Shown here: positions 58,096 to 64,000 of the stretch, in pieces
Layout: each line of letters opens with the position of its first letter
Numbering within the stretch: position 1 is the first letter of the stretch
Source: Coriobacteriia bacterium
GTDB taxonomy: Bacteria; Actinomycetota; Coriobacteriia; Anaerosomatales; SLCP01
Reading direction: 5' to 3'
DNA length: 64,000 nt
NCBI GenBank assembly: GCA_007121015.1
Contig: SKMN01000004.1
Coordinates: 16,507 to 80,506, forward strand
Program-made: the position numbers and the translations under genes
The notes under the pieces: generated by a model
What the model was told of the DNA's origin: nothing
The model's database searches: none
The model's input: only the letters and a program-made list of their open reading frames with translations

Positions 58096-58727
58096 TGGTT
58101 CACACCCATCCGCGACAAGGCATCGCGTGCTTCCTCCATGTCAGGTATATAGCCGAGAGCGTTCTCGAAGCACTCCGCGGCACGTTCCGCGTCGCCGAGG
58201 TTCTCGTGTGCGAGGCCCATGAGAAGACATAGGTCCGCGATACCGATCGAGTGTTCGGCCGCTGGCTCTACCACGGCGAGGACATCTCTATACCGTCCTT
58301 GCTCAGCATAGAGCGTGCCGAGAACCGTAGCAGCATGAACGTGTCCCGGCTCGTGCCGGAGCACGGTGAGGAGCATGCGTTCGCCCTCCGCCACGCTGCC
58401 CGTCTCGAGGTTGACCAGTCCAGCTCCGTAGAGAGCCACGACGTCGTCGGGTCGTTCCTCGAGGAGCGTCCCGTAGACGACGAGGGCCTCATCGAGCCGC
58501 GCGGCCCGATGGTATGCGAACGCGAGTTCGATGCGAGCCGCAGCATCCTGAGGGTCGGTCACGACCGCCTCCTCGAGGTGGGCGACCTCCATCTCGGCCG
58601 CCGAGGAGTACTGGGGCCTGACCTGCAGTTCCTGCACAACGGCTATCGCAGCGACCGTCACCCCGGCGAGCAGCGCGACCACCATGGCAACGAGCCACGC
58701 CGGGACCGAGGCGTGCGTGCCGGTCAT
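58092..58727 (-). CDS. membrane-anchored TPR protein
   Basis: TM segment plus TPR-like helices. Confidence 0.82.
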   Translation of the reverse strand: MTGTHASVPAWLVAMVVALLAGVTVAAIAVVQELQVRPQYSSAAEMEVAHLEEAVVTDPQDAAARIELAFAYHRAARLDEALVVYGTLLEERPDDVVALYGAGLVNLETGSVAEGERMLLTVLRHEPGHVHAATVLGTLYAEQGRYRDVLAVVEPAAEHSIGIADLCLLMGLAHENLGDAERAAECFENALGYIPDMEEARDALSRMGVNQ

Positions 58728-59377
58728 TGCGCAGGACTCCCCGGATCGAGGTGGAACGAGAGGATCTGCAGCTCACCTGCCATATCCGCCTGTCTCACCG
58801 TGACGTCATCGGGCACCACGAGCTGGACCGGGGCGAAGTTCATCACCGCTTTGACGCCAGCTGCGACCAGCCGGTCTACGATGCGTTGCGCCGCACTGGC
58901 CGGTACGGTCAGGACCACGATCTCGACACGCTCGCGCACGATGACGCCTTCCAGATCGTCTATGCTCTCGATCGTGACACCATCCACGCTCGTACCGACT
59001 TTGGCGGGATCGGCGTCGAGCACCGCTACGACGGCCATGCCACGCTCTTCGAACCCGGCGTATCCCTGCAAGGCGCTTCCGAGCCGTCCGAACCCGATGA
59101 TCGCCACACGCCGGTGCTCGACCACGCCAAGCCGTTTGGACAGGTTCGTGACGAGTGAATCCACGTCGTAACCCACTCCCCGGGTGCCGAACTCCCCAAG
59201 GTAGGAGAAGTCCTTGCGGACCTGGGCTGCGTTCGTGCCCGCCATGTCGGCGATCTGTACCGAGTTCAACACCGGCATGCGGTGCGCCTGCGCCTGGATA
59301 AGGCACCTGAGGTAGAGCGGTAGACGCTGCACGGTGGTGGGTGGGACTCTCACTGGCTTTGTCGGCCGTTGGCTCAT
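58724..59377 (-). CDS. rex: redox-sensing transcriptional repressor Rex (canonical)
   Basis: RLPLYLR, QVRKDFSYLGEFGTRGVGY, IIGFGRLGSAL, D.DP.KVG and NFAP motifs. Confidence 0.96.
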   Translation of the reverse strand: MSQRPTKPVRVPPTTVQRLPLYLRCLIQAQAHRMPVLNSVQIADMAGTNAAQVRKDFSYLGEFGTRGVGYDVDSLVTNLSKRLGVVEHRRVAIIGFGRLGSALQGYAGFEERGMAVVAVLDADPAKVGTSVDGVTIESIDDLEGVIVRERVEIVVLTVPASAAQRIVDRLVAAGVKAVMNFAPVQLVVPDDVTVRQADMAGELQILSFHLDPGSPAQ

Positions 59378-59466
59378 TGCGCTCCTCACTCCGGTCGCTC
59401 GAACGCATCCGCCCGCAACACGTCGGCGGACCTCGGTACTGGCAGGTCGTTTCGCAGCGGCCCCTG

Positions 59467-61650
59467 CTACCCTTCGGGCGTCACACCCGCAGACGCTTCG
59501 ACCTCTTCGATGATCGTGTCGATGTCGGGGAAGTCAGGATCGAGCGACCGCACCATCTCGTAGTACTCAAGGGCATCTGCATACTCGCCCCTCTCCTCGA
59601 GGATGCTCGCGAGAAGGAGGTGGGCATCGACGTACCTTCGGTCCATCTCGACAGCCAAGCGCATCTGCCGCTCCGCCTCCTCGAGGTTACCCCCCCTGCG
59701 GAGCGCAAGGGCATACTGGACTCGGATGGCAGGCCCGAACTCGCTCACCTCGATGCCCTGGCGCGCCGTCGCGAGGGCCTTCTGATTGTACTCGGGAGAG
59801 AGCGCCTCGGCCGCATTGTTGTAGAGGTTCGCGAGGAACACGTAGTTGTCGTACTCGTGATCGACGAACTCGATCGTCTGGAGGAATGTCTCCTCGGCCC
59901 TGAGGAATCGTGCCTCGGCCTCGGCGAGCGCAGGACCGAAATCGCCTCCCTGCGCCTGGACCGAGCGGGCCTGAGAGATGAGTTGCGTGAAGCCGTCCGC
60001 GTGAGCGAGGCCGACCTCCGCGCGGTACATATCATTGAACGGGTTGCGCCGAACGGCTGTCTCGGCGTTGGTGACGCGCTGTTCGTACGAGCCTCCGAGG
60101 CGCGCCCTGAGGTACGCATTGTCTGCGGCGATGTAGACGGTGTTGCCGATCAAGGCGACGAGGACGAGTGCGAGCACGCCGGCCGCGGCGTAGAGGCCCC
60201 ACGAGGGTGCCCGCACATCGACGGAGCGCGCGAGGGGAGCCATCAGTGCGGCCATCGCGATCCACAACAGGAACGTCGAGCCGGTGACCGACAGACCGAA
60301 CGTCAGGTGCACGACGTAGCCGGCCGCCGCCGCCCAGAACGCGGAGAGCACGAGACGGCTGCTGTCCTGCTCGGCATCGGGGCGGACGAACGCGTTGCGC
60401 GCCGAGAGGGCGGCGACCGTGATGAACAGTCCGTAGAGCAGGAGCATCCCGGGGATGCCTACAGCCGCGGTCAGCTGCAGGAAGTAGTTGTGCACGTTGT
60501 CGGCGACCGAGATGTAGCCCGCGGTCTGCGTGTACTCGAGAGGCTTGTAGCCCGGGAACACGAGCCTGAAGGTGTCGGGACCGAACCCGAAGATGGGCCG
60601 GTCGAGCGTCGCACGCCATGCGGCGTCCCAGATCTGGAACCGGGTGAGGGCGCTCCCCCGGTCGAACTCGACGATCGACGCGAGGCGCCTGCCCACGTTC
60701 ATGACGGGAACGTCGGAGCCGAGGCTACGGACGATGACGAACGTGGCCACCGCTCCTATCGTGCCCGTGAACGCCCAGTCTATCCGCGTGAGCTTCGTCC
60801 TGGCCCTCCACGCAGCGAAGATGATGATGGCAAGTCCCACCGCCCCGCCGATCCATGCGCCACGCGTGAATGCGGTTATCCAGCACACGACGGTCACGAG
60901 GAACCCTGCCCAGTAGGCGATGCGCCACCGGTAGTCCCTCTCGGAGAGCGCAAGTGCGAGCGAGATGACGAGGGGGAAGATGATGAATCCGCCGAGGAGG
61001 TCGGGATTGCCGTACGTCGAGAACGATCGGTTCTCCTCGAACGGCAGCCGGCCCCAGACGAGAGGATCCACGCCGATGTACTGCATGGCGCCGTACACGC
61101 TGACGAGCGTCCCCGAGACGAACAGCGTGCGCGCGAGAGATCGGATCCGCGAGAGCCGGTCGAGGAACTGTACCGCGAGGAAGAACATCATAGCGTACGT
61201 GATGAACGAGAGCAGGCCTTCGAAGCGGCGGTACTTGCCGAACAAAGCGGTGGGCGGGTGGATCGAGAAGATGGATGAGAGCGCGAACCAGCCGAGGACC
61301 ACGAGGATGAGGTAGTCGACCTTGGTCCTCCGCACCTTCCCGCCGTTGACGAGCACGTGCCACGCCCATGCGCCGAAGGCCACGAGCGTGATACCGCGCT
61401 GGAGGTAGACCTTGACGATGTCGAACTGGTCGAACGTGAAGGGCAGGTGCACGCCCGGCAGCCACGTCCAGTTCGAGATGGCGAGCGGCACGGCGAAGAC
61501 GAGCACGTGGAGGCACGCCCACGCGACCTTCTGGGCGCTTGTCATGGCGTGGAAGCCGGTCGCCATCCGCCCATCGGCGGACGGTCGGGTATTGCTGACG
61601 GCGGGTCGTCTCTTGGTCTGCGCGCGCTTCTTCTTGCGGGCTGCTGCCAC
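59467..61650 (-). CDS. O-antigen ligase/oligosaccharyltransferase-like membrane protein with C-terminal TPR
   Basis: STYGNP, TRGAWIG, R..IW, P.FGFGP and HN.FLQ...GIPG motifs; TPR tail. Confidence 0.88.
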   Translation of the reverse strand: MAAARKKKRAQTKRRPAVSNTRPSADGRMATGFHAMTSAQKVAWACLHVLVFAVPLAISNWTWLPGVHLPFTFDQFDIVKVYLQRGITLVAFGAWAWHVLVNGGKVRRTKVDYLILVVLGWFALSSIFSIHPPTALFGKYRRFEGLLSFITYAMMFFLAVQFLDRLSRIRSLARTLFVSGTLVSVYGAMQYIGVDPLVWGRLPFEENRSFSTYGNPDLLGGFIIFPLVISLALALSERDYRWRIAYWAGFLVTVVCWITAFTRGAWIGGAVGLAIIIFAAWRARTKLTRIDWAFTGTIGAVATFVIVRSLGSDVPVMNVGRRLASIVEFDRGSALTRFQIWDAAWRATLDRPIFGFGPDTFRLVFPGYKPLEYTQTAGYISVADNVHNYFLQLTAAVGIPGMLLLYGLFITVAALSARNAFVRPDAEQDSSRLVLSAFWAAAAGYVVHLTFGLSVTGSTFLLWIAMAALMAPLARSVDVRAPSWGLYAAAGVLALVLVALIGNTVYIAADNAYLRARLGGSYEQRVTNAETAVRRNPFNDMYRAEVGLAHADGFTQLISQARSVQAQGGDFGPALAEAEARFLRAEETFLQTIEFVDHEYDNYVFLANLYNNAAEALSPEYNQKALATARQGIEVSEFGPAIRVQYALALRRGGNLEEAERQMRLAVEMDRRYVDAHLLLASILEERGEYADALEYYEMVRSLDPDFPDIDTIIEEVEASAGVTPEG

Positions 61651-61658
61651 GCGGTCTC

Positions 61659-63041
61659 CTATCTCGATCCCGCCCCGGTCATGACCACGCGGGCGGTCTC
61701 GACGAGTATCTGCAGATCCATCGGCAGGTTCTGATGATACATGTATATGAGGTCGTACTTGAGCTTGCGCTCGGGAGTCGTCGCGTAATCTCCAGAAACC
61801 TGTGCGAGACCGGTAACGCCCGGCCTGACCTTGAACCGCTCGCGGTAGCCGGGTATATCGGCGACGAACCGTTCCACGAAGTAGGGACGTTCGGGGCGCG
61901 GGCCCACAAAACTCATGTCACCCTTGATGATATTGAAGAGTTGCGGCAACTCGTCTATACGGTACGTGCGCAAGACGCGGCCGAGCGACGTGACGCGAGC
62001 ATCGCCAGCGGCCGCGAACACGGGACCCGAAGCCGCCTCGGCATCGCGGACCATCGTCCGGAACTTGTAGAGCCGGAAGGGACGCATGTCGACACCCGAG
62101 CGCTCTTGCATGTAGAAGGCCGGCCAGCCCATCGACACCAGGACCGCGATAGCCGCGATCGCGAGCACCGGCGAGAGCACGACGAGGAGCACCACCGCCA
62201 GGACGACATCGACCGCGCGCTTGAGCGCCGAGTACCAGCGCGGGCGCCCGACGCGGGTGATCTCCATCAGCGGGATGTCGGCCACCACGCCGTCGAGCGT
62301 GCCGATGAAGACCTCGTAGAGCTCGGGGACGACGTCGACGCGGACATCGATCTCCTCGGCGATGACGAGGTGTTCGATAAGGTCGCGTAGCTCGACCGGG
62401 CTGACGACGATGACGCGATCGACATCGTGCGCCTTTGCGACGGATCCCGCATCGTGCGGTCCGCCGAGAAGCGGCAGACCGTCGATCTCGACGGGCGCCC
62501 CGGCACGATCGAGGTCCGGAGGGTCGGCCGCCGACAGGAACCCGATGACGTTGAAGCCCCACCGGCTCCGCGCGGCGAGTTCCCGTGCAAGTTCGCGAGC
62601 GACCTGTCCGGTCCCCACCACGAGCACGCGCTGCTCGGGCCAGCGGATCTGAGTGATGCCCATGAACAGCGTGCGCCAGCCCACGAGCAGCGCAAGGCCG
62701 AACAGCCACCCGAGGCCGATCGCCAGTCGTGAGAAGGAGAAGAACCGCGGTCCGGCGAGGAAGGCGATCGCCGCGGTCATCAGTGCGCCGAGCGTCACCG
62801 CCATGAACGCCGCCCTGACGATGTCCCACACGCTCTCCGTGCGCTCTGGCTCGTAGAGGCCGTAGACGTAGCCTGCGCCGAGGTAGACGAGGGTTATCAC
62901 GGGCGCGAGGCCGAGGTAGGCGTTGAAGTTGAACGCAGGCGGCACCCCGCCGAAGCGCACGACGAAGGCCGCCACGATCCCGATGTTGACGAGCGCGGCA
63001 TCGAGCGCGAGCGCGAGAGCGATGAAGGAGCGTCGCCTCAC
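61659..63041 (-). CDS. polyprenyl-phosphate glycosylphosphotransferase (WcaJ/EpsE-like priming sugar transferase)
   Basis: KRAVD, KFRTM, DELPQLFN, GDMSFVGPRPE and PGVTGLAQV motifs. Confidence 0.93.
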   Translation of the reverse strand: MRRRSFIALALALDAALVNIGIVAAFVVRFGGVPPAFNFNAYLGLAPVITLVYLGAGYVYGLYEPERTESVWDIVRAAFMAVTLGALMTAAIAFLAGPRFFSFSRLAIGLGWLFGLALLVGWRTLFMGITQIRWPEQRVLVVGTGQVARELARELAARSRWGFNVIGFLSAADPPDLDRAGAPVEIDGLPLLGGPHDAGSVAKAHDVDRVIVVSPVELRDLIEHLVIAEEIDVRVDVVPELYEVFIGTLDGVVADIPLMEITRVGRPRWYSALKRAVDVVLAVVLLVVLSPVLAIAAIAVLVSMGWPAFYMQERSGVDMRPFRLYKFRTMVRDAEAASGPVFAAAGDARVTSLGRVLRTYRIDELPQLFNIIKGDMSFVGPRPERPYFVERFVADIPGYRERFKVRPGVTGLAQVSGDYATTPERKLKYDLIYMYHQNLPMDLQILVETARVVMTGAGSR

Positions 63042-64000
63042 GAACGCGCCCCTCGGCCGCCTCGCCTCTCCGCCGCCTCGGCATACACGGCGAGCGTGTC
63101 GTCGACCATGCGGTCGATGGTGAAGTCGCGGTGGACCCGTTCGTATGCCTGGCGACCGTACCGTTCGCGGACCTCGCGGTCGTTGACGAGGGTGCGCAGA
63201 GCGGCCGAGAGCACGTCGGCGTCTCCGGGCGGAACGGTCAGGCCCGTGACCCCGTCCTGGTTGACGAAGGGCACGCCGGTGGTGAGCGTGGTCGAGATGA
63301 CGGGGGTGCCGGCCGCGTGCGCCTCGAGCTGCACGAGCCCGAACGCCTCCGAGCGCGCCACGCTCGGCAGGCAGAAGAGGTCGGCGGCGTGGTACCAGGC
63401 GACGAGCTCGTCGAACGGTTGTGAGCGCAGGAACGTCACCCTGTCGAGGATGCCGGAGGCGGCAGCTATCGTACGCAGCTCGGACTCGAGCGGTCCGGTG
63501 CCGATGATGACGAGGTCGGCGTCGATGTCGCTCATCGCTTTGACCAGTACATCGGCTCCCTTGTAGTAGATGAGGCGTCCGACGAAGAGCACGATGGGCC
63601 TCGTATGGCCCTGGCGGAGCTCGGCGGCACGTGCCTGCACCGCTGGGGTCGCAGCGAACTGGTCTACGTTGATGCCGAAGGGCACGACGCGACACTTCTC
63701 GGCGCGCGGGTTCAAGAACTCGGAGTGCTCGACCATGTCAGGCGAGCTCGCGATGATGAGGTCGATGCGGTCCAAGAAGCGTTCGAGTAGCGGGCGGTAC
63801 GCGGCGAGCCCGGCCTTCTGGCGCACGATGTCGCTGTGGTAGGTGACGACCGACGGGACCTTTGCGGTCGCGCTCGCTGTGCTGCCCTGGGTGTACCCTC
63901 CGCCCCCCGCGGCAAGCCACGAGACCTCGCCCCATGGATAGGGGAAGTGCAGGTGGAAGACGTCCGGACGCCGGTCTGGCGGGGCAGCCGCCTCGTCCCG
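63038..64000 (-). CDS. GT4 family glycosyltransferase (5' end outside the window)
   Basis: Frame open to 64000; HFPYP, YHSDIV, FVGRL.YYKG and EAFGLVQLEA motifs. Confidence 0.92.
   Translation of the reverse strand, partial: RDEAAAPPDRRPDVFHLHFPYPWGEVSWLAAGGGGYTQGSTASATAKVPSVVTYHSDIVRQKAGLAAYRPLLERFLDRIDLIIASSPDMVEHSEFLNPRAEKCRVVPFGINVDQFAATPAVQARAAELRQGHTRPIVLFVGRLIYYKGADVLVKAMSDIDADLVIIGTGPLESELRTIAAASGILDRVTFLRSQPFDELVAWYHAADLFCLPSVARSEAFGLVQLEAHAAGTPVISTTLTTGVPFVNQDGVTGLTVPPGDADVLSAALRTLVNDREVRERYGRQAYERVHRDFTIDRMVDDTLAVYAEAAERRGGRGARS

Noticed and set aside
61659-63695. Long N-terminal extensions in the ORF track (sugar transferase; also trpF, holB, tmk, nuoD, radical SAM and class II aldolase)
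   Set aside because: The extensions overlap upstream genes in other frames and lack family similarity; downstream starts with RBS or stop/start coupling were chosen

Overview
High-GC bacterial chromosome segment, almost entirely on the minus strand. Gene content suggests an anaerobic Actinomycetota, probably Coriobacteriia (Anaerosomatales/OPB41-like); this taxonomy is inferred. From left to right: small stress-type genes; a class II aldolase, PPi-type pfk, accAD, a class I aldolase, a GNAT and nadE; an unannotated 48-aa DnaJ-type zinc-finger ORF; a T-box (UGG specifier)-controlled trp operon carrying both trpB1 and trpB2; rlmH and htrA; an 11-subunit complex I (nuoABCDHIJKLMN, no nuoEFG); a decayed integrase islet at tRNA-Thr(CGT); ricT-holB-tmk, a split fumarase interrupted by an MFS gene, mdh and an archaeal-type topA; hypAB, tatC/tatB and two STAS anti-anti-sigma genes; a B12-radical SAM/menG/deaminase/rseC cluster; a redox module; and glycosylation genes. 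The redox module is the most notable part. It has three tandem Rex-like paralogs that lost the NAD(H)-binding GxGxxG motif and gained conserved cysteines, a canonical Rex, 12- and 7-heme cytochromes, NHL and TPR proteins, and several Rex/CRP-geometry palindromes, with a similar one over the nuo promoter. All calls come from reading motifs by eye; no searches were run.
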